Assembly (NCBI GenBank): GCA_965225945.1
Contig: CBDDBZ010000036.1
Location: forward strand, 352,001-416,000
Origin: Alphaproteobacteria bacterium
GTDB lineage: Bacteria; Pseudomonadota; Alphaproteobacteria; GCA-2731375
DNA length: 64,000 nt
Direction of reading: 5' to 3'
Below, piece by piece: positions 25,163 through 35,588 of this stretch (positions within the stretch are counted from its first letter, which is position 1; each line of letters begins with the position of its first letter). The translations under genes were made by a program, and so were the position numbers. Below the pieces are notes generated by a model. It was not told where the DNA came from. It saw only the letters and a list, made by a program, of their open reading frames with translations, and searched no databases.

Positions 25163-26947
25163 TTGAGCCGAGTACACGAGCGAACCTTCGTCTGGCAATT
25201 CGAGCACCCGGTCGAGGCGATCTGGCCGGCGCTGGCCGACACCCAACGCTTCAACGAAGCGGCCGGCCTGCCGAAGCACGAGATCACCGAAACCGTGCGC
25301 GAGGACGGCTCGGTCCGCTACCACGCGCACACCCGTTTCAAGGGCTTCGAGCTCAGGTGGCGGGAGATTCCGGTGGAATGGATCGAGCATCGCTGGTTTC
25401 GCCACCAGAGAGTGTTCGAATCCGGCCCGCTCAGGACCATCGACGCCCAGCTCTCCTTCAGCCCCACGGAGGCCGGCTGCGTCGGTCATTATCGGCTGCG
25501 GGCGAGCGCCGCCAATCCGATCGGCGCAGCACTTCTCGGCCTCGGATTCTTCCCGAGCGCCGAGAAGAATTTCGGCCGCCTGGCCGACGATGCCGAGGCG
25601 TGGGTGGCGGGCGGGCGGCAGCGCATGTTCGGCCCGCCGCCGCCAGCGCCGTCGCCGCAACACCGGGCCGAGATCGACATGCTGGCGCGCCGCGTGGAGG
25701 AGAGCGGCAACGGCCACGACCTCGCCGGCCGGATCGCCGAGTGGTGCCTGACCGGCCAGGAGGTCGATCTGACACATATGCGCGCCCGCGAACTGGCGCG
25801 TCGCTGGGGCGTCTCGGATCGGCCGGTGATCGAAGCCTGCCTCCAAGCCGTGCGCGAAGGGATGCTGGAACTCCGCTGGGATCTGCTCTGTCCCCGCTGC
25901 CGGGGGGCGAAGCTGACCGTCACCAGCCTCGACCAACTGCCGAGGGAGGCGCATTGCGGCGCCTGCAACATCGGCTACGAGCGAGACTTCGCCAAGAACG
26001 TGGAGTTGACCTTCCGCCCGGCGCCCCGGGTCCGCGACATCGCCGACGGCGAATACTGTCTCTTCGGGCCGATGTCGACGTCCCACGTCAAGGCCCAAAT
26101 CATCGTCCCCCCGGGCGGGGAACGCGCCTTCGACGGCGTGTTCGGAGCCGGGCCTTATCGCCTGAGAACGCTGGAGATCGGCGGCGCGAGCGAGATCGAA
26201 TACGCGGGCGAGATTTTCCCGGCGGTGGTGGCGCGCGGGGGCGGTGTCGAGGCGGGGGAGGGTGGCCGGCCCGGCCGGCTGGTCTTGCGCAACGAGGAGG
26301 ACCGGCCGAGGACGGTCATCGTCGAGTCCCGTGCCTGGGTCGAAACCGCGCTCACCGCGCATCGGGTCACCATGCTGCAGGGCTTCCGCGACCTCTTTCC
26401 GAACGAGAGCTTGGCGCCGGGGAAGGAAGCGGACATCTCCCAGGTGGTGCTGATGTTCACCGACCTCGAGGGCTCGACCGCGCTCTACGAGCGGGTCGGG
26501 GACGGGGCCGCCTATCGGATGGTGCGGCGCCATTTCGCGCTCCTCGCCGCCGTCGTGCGGGCCCACGACGGGGCCATGGTGAAGACCATCGGCGACGCCG
26601 TCATGGCCGCCTTCGCGCGGCCCGGGGATGCGGTCGGCGCCGCGCTCGACGCGATCCGCGAGGTCGGAAACGATGCCGACGACTTGGTGATCAAGATCGG
26701 CATCCACGCCGGACCCTGCGTCGCCGTCACGCTCAACGATCGGCTGGACTATTTCGGCGGTACGGTGAATCTCGCCGCGCGTCTCCAGGGCGAGAGCCGG
26801 GGCGGCGATATCGTGCTGTCCGAGACCGTCGCCGCCGACGCCGAGGTCGCGGCGGCAATCGCCGGCTGTCGGGTGGAGTACGAAAGCGCGGAATTGAGGG
26901 GCTTCGATGCAGCCGTCGGCTTCCACCGGATCTGGCCGATGGGCTGA
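25163..26947 (+). CDS. class III adenylate cyclase with N-terminal SRPBCC-like and DUF5939-like domains
   Basis: C-terminal FTDLEGST, KTIGDA, DYFGGTVNLAARL; central WDLLCPRC...HCGAC...VELTF. The TTG start is a best guess. Confidence 0.85.
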   Translation: MSRVHERTFVWQFEHPVEAIWPALADTQRFNEAAGLPKHEITETVREDGSVRYHAHTRFKGFELRWREIPVEWIEHRWFRHQRVFESGPLRTIDAQLSFSPTEAGCVGHYRLRASAANPIGAALLGLGFFPSAEKNFGRLADDAEAWVAGGRQRMFGPPPPAPSPQHRAEIDMLARRVEESGNGHDLAGRIAEWCLTGQEVDLTHMRARELARRWGVSDRPVIEACLQAVREGMLELRWDLLCPRCRGAKLTVTSLDQLPREAHCGACNIGYERDFAKNVELTFRPAPRVRDIADGEYCLFGPMSTSHVKAQIIVPPGGERAFDGVFGAGPYRLRTLEIGGASEIEYAGEIFPAVVARGGGVEAGEGGRPGRLVLRNEEDRPRTVIVESRAWVETALTAHRVTMLQGFRDLFPNESLAPGKEADISQVVLMFTDLEGSTALYERVGDGAAYRMVRRHFALLAAVVRAHDGAMVKTIGDAVMAAFARPGDAVGAALDAIREVGNDADDLVIKIGIHAGPCVAVTLNDRLDYFGGTVNLAARLQGESRGGDIVLSETVAADAEVAAAIAGCRVEYESAELRGFDAAVGFHRIWPMG

Positions 26948-27025
26948 GCATGCTCCCGCGATTGTGAGCGACGTGCTCGCGGTTCCCGGCTATTCTCGCG
27001 GTATTGGCGAGCATGAAGACGGTGT

Positions 27026-27682
27026 GTGGCGGCGGCGATGGTCCAAGTGGTGTGGTGGATGGTTTTCCGGGCCGGGGCGAGCGCCCTCGTCGTGCTGGTC
27101 ATGGCAGGCTGCACGCGGCTTCCAGATTCTTATGTATACCTTCAAGAAAAGACCGAAAGTATCCCCCAACAAGGGAATTTCACCATTTGTCACGGCTATG
27201 ACTGCACCTTCCGCACGGCCCTGTCCCTGGACCGGGCGGAGTGGGGGCGGGTGCGCGCGGTTTTCGATCCGGCGCCGCTTTCGGCGGCCGAGGAGCGCGC
27301 GGCGATCTCGCGCTCGATCGCCCTTCTGGAACGCATCGTCGGCGCCCGGCTCGGCACCGACAAGGACATCGGCGGCATCGCCTTCAAGCGCGCCGGCGAC
27401 CGGACGCAGCTCGACTGCATCGACGAGAGCACCAACACCACGACCTACCTGGTGCTGCTGGCGGGCGATGATCTGCTGCGCTACCACGCCGTCGCCCGGC
27501 CGGCCTCGCGCGGCGTATTCCTCGATTTCCGCTGGTATCACCAGAGCGCGGTGATCGTCGAATTCGGCACCGGCACGGAATACGTCGTCGACAGTTGGGT
27601 CGAGGCCAATGGCGAGCCGCCGTTGATGACGACGCTGGGCAACTGGCAAACCAGCTACGGCCGCCCCGACGTCGAGGGATAG
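27026..27682 (+). CDS. putative lipoprotein, possible Cys-His-Asp (transglutaminase-like) enzyme
   Basis: Lipobox VMAGC; ICHGYDC, QLDCIDES, HQSAV, VVDSW. Confidence 0.7.
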   Translation: MAAAMVQVVWWMVFRAGASALVVLVMAGCTRLPDSYVYLQEKTESIPQQGNFTICHGYDCTFRTALSLDRAEWGRVRAVFDPAPLSAAEERAAISRSIALLERIVGARLGTDKDIGGIAFKRAGDRTQLDCIDESTNTTTYLVLLAGDDLLRYHAVARPASRGVFLDFRWYHQSAVIVEFGTGTEYVVDSWVEANGEPPLMTTLGNWQTSYGRPDVEG

Positions 27683-27698
27683 CCCCGCGCGGGGCGCG

Positions 27699-28349
27699 AT
27701 GAGCGATCTCTATCTCCATCACCGGGTGGTGGCGGCGCCGAGGCGATGGCGCTCGCTCGCCGCCGCGCTGAGCGGCGGCGGCGCGAAGCGGCTCAACGCG
27801 GCGGGCGGCGCGCTCTACGGCGTCTGGCGCAGCCAGATCGGCCGGCCGCGCGACGAATTGACGGTCATGACCGTATGGCCCGACACCAGGCGCGCGGCGG
27901 GGGCCGAGGCGCGCCTGTTGGACGGCGTGGCCGACGTCGTCGGCTGCGAGAGCGAGGCGATGGCGCCGACGCTCAGGCCGTCGGACGCCGATCCGCCGCG
28001 CCGGCAAGGCAACTATGCGTTTCGCTGGTTCGAGACGCCGAGGGCCGATTGGGACGAATTTCTCGAGCTCTGCGCGGCCGCCTGGCCGGGCTTCGAAGCC
28101 GCTTACGACTCGGCCGTGATCGGGCTCTGGCGGTGCCTCGAGGGGGGCGACGAAACCAACCGCGGCCTGCTGCTGACGCGCCGGCCGGATCTCGCGATGT
28201 GGGAGCGTTCGAAGATCCCGCGGAACGATGCGGAGGAGATCGTTCGCCGCCGGCTGAGCCGGCGCTACGATCTTTGCGAGTGGACCTGTGTCTACACCAC
28301 GACGCTGCTGAGCGCCCGGGACCGGGACGACACGGTTCGGTGGGCCTGA
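27699..28349 (+). CDS. NIPSNAP-like dimeric alpha/beta-barrel protein
   Basis: Two half-repeats (LYGVWRSQIG / VIGLWR...LLLTR..DLAMWERS); Trp-rich. Confidence 0.6.
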   Translation: MSDLYLHHRVVAAPRRWRSLAAALSGGGAKRLNAAGGALYGVWRSQIGRPRDELTVMTVWPDTRRAAGAEARLLDGVADVVGCESEAMAPTLRPSDADPPRRQGNYAFRWFETPRADWDEFLELCAAAWPGFEAAYDSAVIGLWRCLEGGDETNRGLLLTRRPDLAMWERSKIPRNDAEEIVRRRLSRRYDLCEWTCVYTTTLLSARDRDDTVRWA

Positions 28350-28470
28350 ACGAGCCACGGGGTCCGGGCGGGCGGCGCGGGTGAAGGCGATCCTTCGAAC
28401 GCGACAGAGCTCTCCGTCGTCCCCCGAATGATGCGGATCGATAGCCCGCCGTCGCCGCCGCGATGCCGAC
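28288..28470 (+). repeat. repeat A: last 19 codons of the NIPSNAP-like gene plus downstream DNA
   Basis: Imperfect direct repeat of 35254-35434. Confidence 0.9.
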
Positions 28471-28659
28471 AATGATTTGTCGCTTGTCCTTGCCACGCCC
28501 TGAATAGGGCGGGATAATGGCGTCGGCGGTGGAGAGAGAGGCTAGCACTGAACCAGGCGATGGCCGGCGTCGAGATCAGGAACGTTTACAAGTCGTTCGG
28601 CAGGGTCGAAGTGATCCACGGCGTCAGCGTCGACATCGACGACGGCGAGTTCGTGGTCC

Positions 28660-28690
<31 letters not shown>

Positions 28691-28874
28691 GCTGCTCAGG
28701 ATGATCGCGGGCCTGGAGCCGATCACCGGCGGCGAGATCGCCATTGGCGAGCGAGTGGTCAACATGATGCCGCCGAAGGAACGCGACGTCGCCATGGTGT
28801 TCCAGAAGGGACTTATAAAGACTACTTGAAATCACCATCCGCGAAGTCCCGGGCTGGATCAGGCATCCCAGGTC

Positions 28875-29180
28875 TCATCTCTCAGAGATCCCTGGTTCCA
28901 AGACCATATTCACGGACAACAGTTCGTCTTGAGCTTCTTTGAGGTCAACTACCGCGCGGCGGAGATCGTCGCAATTCAGGGTGCTCTGATCTGGCCGTTA
29001 GATAGCTCGAAATCGAGCTCCCGTACGGACTGACGGACATTGGACGGATTCTCCGACAAGGCGCTCTATGGCGCGGCCATCATTCTTTAGCTTTTGTTCG
29101 AGAATCTGAATATCGCGGCGGAGTTCGTCGCGACGCCTGATGTTCTCTAGAACCGCGGTCGCGCGTTCATCTTCTGTCAT
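28875..29180 (-). pseudogene. passenger coiled-coil protein with internal TAA
   Basis: The 60-aa ORF continues in frame past TAA (RPDQSTLNCDDLRRAVVDLKEAQDELL...*). Confidence 0.5.
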
Positions 29181-29184
29181 GGGA

Positions 29185-29648
29185 TCATTCTCTCATTCCT
29201 TTGACCTTCTGGCCGAATTCTTTGGCATCCTGATAACGCTTGTCCCGCGCGTTCGCCATCATGAGCCGCTCGTAGTCATCCCAAAACTCATCGTCGGCCT
29301 TTGGATGGGGAGCACCAAGGCCTATGTGGCCGAGACGGCGCAGGAGCCGTAGCGAGTTGCAAGCCTCCGAGTGTGCGGATGATCCGGAGACGACGATGTG
29401 AACTCCTCCATCGCGGCCAAGAACTCACGATCCCGTCTCCGAAGACTACGCCAATCGAGTGACTTGCTTAGCAGCCACAAGAATATAAACATGCCGCCGA
29501 TGGTAACCGCCACGGTTGAAGGCGTGCCGCTCATGAAGCTGAGCCAGTCGCCCCAAATGCGGAAGCCATCCAAGGCGCCGGGAATGCCCAGCGCAAAAGA
29601 ACCCGCCCCGATCACAGTGAACCACCTGTTGCCGAAGAATTTGAACAT
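29185..29648 (-). pseudogene. passenger two-TM membrane protein, probably frameshifted
   Basis: 108-aa ORF with 2 TM segments. A protein-like continuation (LRRLGHIGLGAPHPKADDEFWDDYERLMM...*) in another frame ends at 29185. Confidence 0.5.
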
Positions 29649-29920
29649 CCCCGAATAGTCGGGAGTCCGCCCGCCACCGTCAAGTGGGCTTTATAAGTCC
29701 CTTCCAGAACTATGCCCTCTATCCCCATATGAAGGTTTACGACAACCTGGCCTTCAGCCTGACGCTCAGGAAGGCGGAGAAGAACGTCGTCGACGAACGG
29801 GTACGCCGAGCCGCCGAGATCCTCAACCTGACCGAGTTGCTGGACCGCTACCCCAGGCAGCTTTCGGGTGGCCAACGCCAGCGCGTCGCGATGGGTCGGG
29901 CGATCGTTCGCGACCCACAA

Positions 29921-29952
<32 letters not shown>

Positions 29953-30657
29953 GGACGCCAAGCTCAGGGTGCAGATGCGGACGGAGATCAAGGAGTTGCA
30001 CCAACGGCTCGGCACCACCACGGTCTATGTCACCCACGATCAGATCGAGGCGCTGACCATGGCCGACCGTATCGTCGTCATGCACGACGGCATCGTCGAG
30101 CAGATCGGCGCGCCATTGCATCTCTACGACGACCCGAGCAATCTCTTCGTCGCCGGCTTCATCGGCTCGCCCGCGATGAACTTCCTACCCGGCACGGTGC
30201 GAAAGAACGGCGCCGCCACCTGGGTGGAGGCGGACGATGGCACCAGGTTGCCGATGGCGGACGGTCACCACACCGACGAGGGACGTCGGGTCACCTACGG
30301 CATTCGCCCCGAGCACCTCATCCTCGCGAACGGCGCGGGTGGCGCCGGCATCGAGAGCCGGGTCGTGGTGGTCGAGCCGACGGGCGCGGAGACCCTGGTG
30401 GTCGGCCGTGCCGCCGGTCACGAGTTGAACGTCGTCTTTCGCGAGCGTCATCGGTTCCGGCCGGGCGATACCATCACGCTGTTGCCGGCGCTGGAATATA
30501 TTCGTCTTTTCGATGCGGAGACGGGACAGCGAATTTAGACGGTGCCGGGAGCGCTGGCTCGTTGCAGGGCTTAAGGAAATCGGCACGCTCGAGGACGGCT
30601 GGGACTGCCATGTGAAGGGATCAGTGAACCGCAGACAGATCTAGGGAGGATCGCACC

Positions 30658-31977
30658 ATGTCAAACTTCACGAGACGTCAGTTGCTGCAAGGCTCGACGG
30701 CGCTCGCCGCTGGCGCCGCGCTCACCGGGCCGGCGCTACTCGACTGGGCCAAGGCCTGGGCGGCGGAGAACCCGTTCAAGCCGGAGAAGGGCGCCAAGCT
30801 GAGGGCGCTGCGCTGGAACCGCTTTGTCATATCGGAAGACGTCCAGTTCGACGCCAACGTCGCGGCCTTCACGGCGGCGACCGGAGTCCCGGTGCGTCTC
30901 GACAAGGAGTTTCTAGACGATATTCAACCCAAGGCCGCGGTGGCGGCGAACATCGGCGCGGGACCGGACCTCGTCTGGGGCCTCCTGGCCCTGCCGCATC
31001 TTTTCCCCGAGAAGCTGGTCGACGTGACCGATGTCGCCGATTATCTCGGCGGTAAATACGGCGGCTGGTATCCCATCGCCGAGGAGTACGGCACCCGCGA
31101 CGGCCGCTGGATCGCCATTCCGATGTGCACCGGCGGCAACTACATCAATTACCGCGCCAAATGGGTGCGTGAGGCCGGCTTCGACGGCGTGCCGGACAAC
31201 ACCGACGGCTTCCTGAAGCTCTGCGCGGCCCTGAAGAAGAACGGCCATCCGGCCGGCATGGCGCTGGGCCACGCGACCGGCGACGGCAACATCTGGACCC
31301 ACTGGCTGTTCTGGGCCTTCGGCGGCAAGCTCGTGGACAAGGACGACAATGTCGTGGTCAACAGCCCGGAGACCATTGCGGGTCTCGAATACGCGCGCGA
31401 GCTGTACCAGACGTTTGTGCCGGGCACCGCCTCCTGGCTCGATGGCCACAACAACAAGGCCTTCCTGTCCGGGGGGATCGGGCTGACCAACAACGGCATC
31501 TCGATCTACGCCGCGGCCCAGGCCAAGGGCATGAAAGAGATCGCCGACGATATGGACCACGCCTTCTTTCCGGTCGGCCCGGTCGGGCGCCCGACCGAGC
31601 TGCATCCGCCGTTTCCGCTGATGGCGTTCAAGTACACCAAGTACCCGAACGCGGCGAAGGCGTTCATGGCGTTCATGATGGAAACCCCGCAATACGACAA
31701 GTGGCTGCAGGAGTCGGTGGGCTTTTTCACTCAGGTATTGAAGGTGCACGACAAGCATCCGGTGTGGAAGGAGGATCCGAAGCGCGCGCCGTTCGCGCAG
31801 GCCTCGGCGCGGTCTCTCAGTATCGGCCACGCCGGATCGCTCGGTTACGCCGCGGCGGGTGTGCTGGCCGACTTCGTCGTCGTCGATATGGTTGCGTCCG
31901 CGGCGTTAGGACAGGCGACGCCGAAGGAGGCCGCCGAGCTCGCGGAGAAACGGGCTCTCCGCTACTACAAGGTCTGA
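30658..31977 (+). CDS. carbohydrate ABC transporter substrate-binding protein (Tat-exported)
   Basis: TRRQLL Tat motif, SBP family 1 pattern, GGGAGG RBS. Confidence 0.92.
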   Translation: MSNFTRRQLLQGSTALAAGAALTGPALLDWAKAWAAENPFKPEKGAKLRALRWNRFVISEDVQFDANVAAFTAATGVPVRLDKEFLDDIQPKAAVAANIGAGPDLVWGLLALPHLFPEKLVDVTDVADYLGGKYGGWYPIAEEYGTRDGRWIAIPMCTGGNYINYRAKWVREAGFDGVPDNTDGFLKLCAALKKNGHPAGMALGHATGDGNIWTHWLFWAFGGKLVDKDDNVVVNSPETIAGLEYARELYQTFVPGTASWLDGHNNKAFLSGGIGLTNNGISIYAAAQAKGMKEIADDMDHAFFPVGPVGRPTELHPPFPLMAFKYTKYPNAAKAFMAFMMETPQYDKWLQESVGFFTQVLKVHDKHPVWKEDPKRAPFAQASARSLSIGHAGSLGYAAAGVLADFVVVDMVASAALGQATPKEAAELAEKRALRYYKV

Positions 31978-32049
31978 CCGATCGGCCGGGCGACACGCCG
32001 GTCGCGGGCCGGCATGCCGCCCGGGTCGATCTCGCGTGAGGGGTGAGCG

Positions 32050-33006
32050 GTGGCGACGGCGACCGAGGTACTCCGCTACGACCGGCGAGAGGCGCCCTGG
32101 TGGGCCTGGACCCGGCTCAGCCGCAATCGGAACTGGCTGGGCCTCTGGTTCATGGTGCCGGCCGGGCTGTTCCTCGTGCTGATGCTCACCTACCCGCTGG
32201 GGCTCGGCATCTGGCTCAGTTTCACCGACACCAAGATCGGCCGAGCCGGCGGCTTCATCGGCGTGGAGAACTTCGCCTGGCTCTGGGAGGACCCGGTTTT
32301 CTGGCTATCCGTCTTCAACACCTTCCTCTACACGACCGTTGCCAGCGTCATCAAGTTCGTATTGGGCTTCTACTTGGCGATCCTTCTGAACAACCATATG
32401 CCGTTCAAGGCGCTCATCCGGGCGATCGTCCTGCTGCCGTTCATCGTGCCGACGGTGTTGTCGGCGATCGCCTTCTGGTGGATCTACGACACACAGTTCT
32501 CGATCATCAGCTGGACGCTGATCAAGCTCGGCCTGATCGACGAATACATCAATTTTCTCGGCGAGCCGAACAACGCTCGCGCCTCGGTGATCTTCGCCAA
32601 CATCTGGCGCGGCATCCCGTTCGTCGCGATCACCCTGCTCGCCGGGTTGCAGACCGTCCCGGCGTCGCTCTACGAGGCGGCCACCATCGACGGCGCCTCG
32701 CGCTGGCAGATATTCCGCCGCATTACCTATCCGATGCTGACGCCGATCATCGCCGTCGTCATGACCTTCTCGGTGCTGTTTACCTTCACCGACTTCCAGT
32801 TGATCTACGCCATGACCAAGGGCGGCCCGATCAACGCGACCCACCTGATGGCGACGCTGTCGTTCCAACGGGCGATTCTGGGCGGCAGCCTGGGCGAGGG
32901 CGCGGCGATCTCGACGGCGATGATCCCCTTCCTGCTGGCCGCCATCATGTTCAGCTGGTTCGGCCTGCAACGGCGGAAATGGCAGCAGGGTGAGTCCGAT
33001 GACTGA
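32050..33006 (+). CDS. carbohydrate ABC transporter permease
   Basis: LYEAATIDGA EAA motif; TM helices. Confidence 0.93.
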   Translation: MATATEVLRYDRREAPWWAWTRLSRNRNWLGLWFMVPAGLFLVLMLTYPLGLGIWLSFTDTKIGRAGGFIGVENFAWLWEDPVFWLSVFNTFLYTTVASVIKFVLGFYLAILLNNHMPFKALIRAIVLLPFIVPTVLSAIAFWWIYDTQFSIISWTLIKLGLIDEYINFLGEPNNARASVIFANIWRGIPFVAITLLAGLQTVPASLYEAATIDGASRWQIFRRITYPMLTPIIAVVMTFSVLFTFTDFQLIYAMTKGGPINATHLMATLSFQRAILGGSLGEGAAISTAMIPFLLAAIMFSWFGLQRRKWQQGESDD

Positions 33007-33033
33007 TCTCGCCGACGCGAGAGCGGGAGCCGG

Positions 33034-34158
33034 CTAGTGTCCCGATTCCGAAGTTCGCATGATTTTCGCCTGCTGTTCAGCGATTTCGATTGTTCGGAGG
33101 CAGAAGCGCTGGATGGCGCCGAGGATGTCATCGGCGGATTTGGTCCATTTGAAGGGTTTGGGGTTCTGGTTTGTCGTGTCGATGTAGTCGAGGATGGTGC
33201 GCTCCAACTCCTTGGTGGAGCGATGGACGCCGCGCCTGATCTGCTTGTCGGTCAGCAGCCCGAACCAGCGCTCGACCTGGTTCAGCCAGGAGGCGCTGGT
33301 GGGTGTGAAATGGGCCTGCCAGCGCGGCCGTTTGGCGAACCAGTCGCGGATCGCCTTGGTCTTGTGGGGCCCGTAGTTGTCCATGACGATGTGGATGTCG
33401 AGATCAGCAGGGACGTTCGCCTCGACGAGGTCGAGGAATTTGCGGAACTCTCGGGCCCGATGGCGCGGGAAACATTTGCCGATGATCTCTCCCGTGGCGA
33501 TGTCGAGGGCCGCGAAGAGAGAGGTCGTGCCGTGGCGCTTGTAGTCGTGGCTGCGCCGCTCCGCCTGCCCGGGGCGCATCGGCAAGAGGGGCTGGGAACG
33601 GTCCAAGGCCTGGATCTGGCTCTTTTCGTCGACACAGAGAACCAGGGCACGATCCGGCGGCGCCAAATACAGACCGACGATGTCGCGGACCTTCTCCACG
33701 AAGAAGGGATCGCTCGACAGCTTGAAGGTCTCCGAGCGATGCGGCTGCAAGCCGAAGGCCCGCCAAATGCGATGAATGGTCGAGGGCGCGTTGCCGCTCG
33801 CCCGCGCCATCGAGCGAAGGCTCCAATGGGTCGCGTCCGGCGGCGTCTCTTCCAGCGTCAGCCGGACCGCTTCCGCGATGGCGTCATCGCCGATTTGGCG
33901 CGGCGCGCCGGGGCGGGGTTCGTCGTACAGACCGTCGAGGCCCTCCGCCGCATAGCGGCGACGCCACTTGCCCACGGTGTCCGCGCTCGCCTCGAGACGA
34001 ACGGCGATCTCCTTGTTCTCCAACCCTTCCGCCGCCGCCAAGACGATCCGAGCCCGCCGCGCAAGCCCCTGCGACGTCTTGCGACGACGAGACAGCGCCT
34101 CCAATTCGGCGCGCTCGTCATCGCTCAAAGAGATCGTCACCGCCACTCTCGCCATCAA
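33034..34158 (-). CDS. IS630-family transposase
   Basis: [30 protein letters not shown]. The stop codon is formed by the target CTAG. Confidence 0.95.
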   Translation of the reverse strand: MMARVAVTISLSDDERAELEALSRRRKTSQGLARRARIVLAAAEGLENKEIAVRLEASADTVGKWRRRYAAEGLDGLYDEPRPGAPRQIGDDAIAEAVRLTLEETPPDATHWSLRSMARASGNAPSTIHRIWRAFGLQPHRSETFKLSSDPFFVEKVRDIVGLYLAPPDRALVLCVDEKSQIQALDRSQPLLPMRPGQAERRSHDYKRHGTTSLFAALDIATGEIIGKCFPRHRAREFRKFLDLVEANVPADLDIHIVMDNYGPHKTKAIRDWFAKRPRWQAHFTPTSASWLNQVERWFGLLTDKQIRRGVHRSTKELERTILDYIDTTNQNPKPFKWTKSADDILGAIQRFCLRTIEIAEQQAKIMRTSESGH

Positions 34159-34217
34159 TCGCGCCTCCTGAAAACAAATAGAGACATAATCATATCAATT
34201 TATCGATCAGGACACTA
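33035..34217 (-). mobile_element. IS630-family insertion sequence (coordinates include the duplicated TA)
   Basis: Ends TAGTGTCC(C/T)GAT; TA within CTAG on both sides; sits between the two permease genes. Confidence 0.93.
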
Positions 34218-34220
34218 GGG

Positions 34221-35168
34221 ATGGCCGATGATACAGCCCCGAGGGATGCCCGTGGCGGCCGCCGCGGGATGCTCCGCATCGTCGAGCGCTGGCGGGAGGC
34301 GAAGCGGCAGGAACAGGAGGGCATGGATTACCTCTCCACCCTGCCGCAGCGCTTTGTCATCGTCTACCTCCCCTTGGCCGTCTTCCTGTTCGTGCTGCTG
34401 TTCCCGTTCTATTGGATGGCCATCACCAGCTTCAAGCCGGACGCGGAGTTGATCGATCTCGACACCACCAACCCGTTCTGGGTGGTCAATCCGACGCTGG
34501 CCCACTTCGAGCGACTGCTCTTCAAGACCGAGTACCCGACCTGGATGTGGAACACCATGCTGGTCGCGGTCTCGGCGACCTTCCTGTCGTTGGTGTCGAG
34601 CGTGATGGCCGCCTACGCCATCGTGCGCATCCGTTACAAGGGCTCCAACTGGGTCGGCGGCCTGATCTTTCTGGCCTACCTGGTGCCACCCAGCATCCTG
34701 TTCATCCCGCTCGCGATCATCGTCTTCAAATACGGCCTGTTCGACAGTCCGTTTGCGCTGATTCTGACCTACCCGACGATCCTGATTCCGTTCTCGACCT
34801 GGCTTTTGATGGGGTACTTCAAGTCGATCCCCTACGAGCTCGAGGAATGCGCCCTGATCGACGGCGCCTCGCGGCTGCAGATCCTGGTGAAGATCATCCT
34901 GCCGCTGTCGATCCCGGGCATCATTTCCGCCGGCATCTTCTCCTTCACCCTGTGCTGGAACGAGTTCCTCTACGCCCTGACGTTCATCTCGTCATCGGAG
35001 AAGAAGACCGTGCCGGTGGCGCTCCTGAGCGAGCTCATCGACGGCGACATCTATCACTGGGGCGCGCTGATGGCCGGCGCCCTGCTCGGCTCGGTGCCGG
35101 TGGCGCTGGTATACTCGTTCTTCGTCGAGCACTACGTTTCCAGCATGACCGGCGCGGTCAAGGAATAG
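34221..35168 (+). CDS. carbohydrate ABC transporter permease
   Basis: ELEECALIDGA, WNEFLYAL. Confidence 0.93.
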   Translation: MADDTAPRDARGGRRGMLRIVERWREAKRQEQEGMDYLSTLPQRFVIVYLPLAVFLFVLLFPFYWMAITSFKPDAELIDLDTTNPFWVVNPTLAHFERLLFKTEYPTWMWNTMLVAVSATFLSLVSSVMAAYAIVRIRYKGSNWVGGLIFLAYLVPPSILFIPLAIIVFKYGLFDSPFALILTYPTILIPFSTWLLMGYFKSIPYELEECALIDGASRLQILVKIILPLSIPGIISAGIFSFTLCWNEFLYALTFISSSEKKTVPVALLSELIDGDIYHWGALMAGALLGSVPVALVYSFFVEHYVSSMTGAVKE

Positions 35169-35174
35169 TCGAGG

Positions 35175-35254
35175 CCGACATTCGAACCGGCACGCCCTGA
35201 ATGTCGGAGTAGGGTCACGAATGTCCTGTCTGCTCCTTCCAATGTCACGCCCGG
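35175..35254 (+). repeat. repeat B with hairpin CCGACATTC-N15-GAATGTCGG
   Basis: 35200-35254 matches 37649-37703 at 45/55, and the last 17 nt are identical. Confidence 0.85.
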
Positions 35255-35434
35255 TGTCTACACCACGACGCTGCTGAGCGCCGAGGACCGCGACGACACG
35301 GTTCGGTGGGCCTGACGAGCCACGGGGTCCGGCGGGCGGCACGGGTGAAGTCCATGCTTCGAACGCGACGGAGCTCTCCGTCGCCCACCGAATGACGCCG
35401 GTCGATGGCCCGCCCTCGCCGCTGCAATACCGTC
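35254..35434 (+). repeat. repeat A' (diverged copy of 28288-28470)
   Basis: Encodes VYTTTLLSAEDRDDTVRWA* vs VYTTTLLSARDRDDTVRWA*. Confidence 0.9.
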
Positions 35435-35588
35435 TTTCGGAGGTAGTATCCCCGTGATAGGCACCGGGCTGGCACTTCGCGAGTTAGCCAAACCACGATA
35501 CAAGAGGCGGGGCAGGCCCGTCTTGCGTAAGCCCTCGATATATTGTTGAAGTTGCCGTAATTCGTGTCCGTGCGAAAGCCCCAACAGA

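Larger units (their letters stand above)
28808..29701. mobile_element. non-autonomous IS1595-like cassette (894 bp) with passenger genes and no transposase
   Basis: IR GGGACTTATAAAG(ACTACTTGA) / (TCAAGTGGG)CTTTATAAGTCCC; 8-bp TSD TTCCAGAA at 28800-28807 and 29702-29709; lower GC. Confidence 0.88.

Noticed and set aside
24561-26947. Nuclease plus cyclase as a Pycsar/CBASS-like defence pair
   Set aside because: The nuclease is an exported SNase-family protein and the cyclase has ordinary adenylate-cyclase motifs; no cNMP-binding effector; host-like GC.
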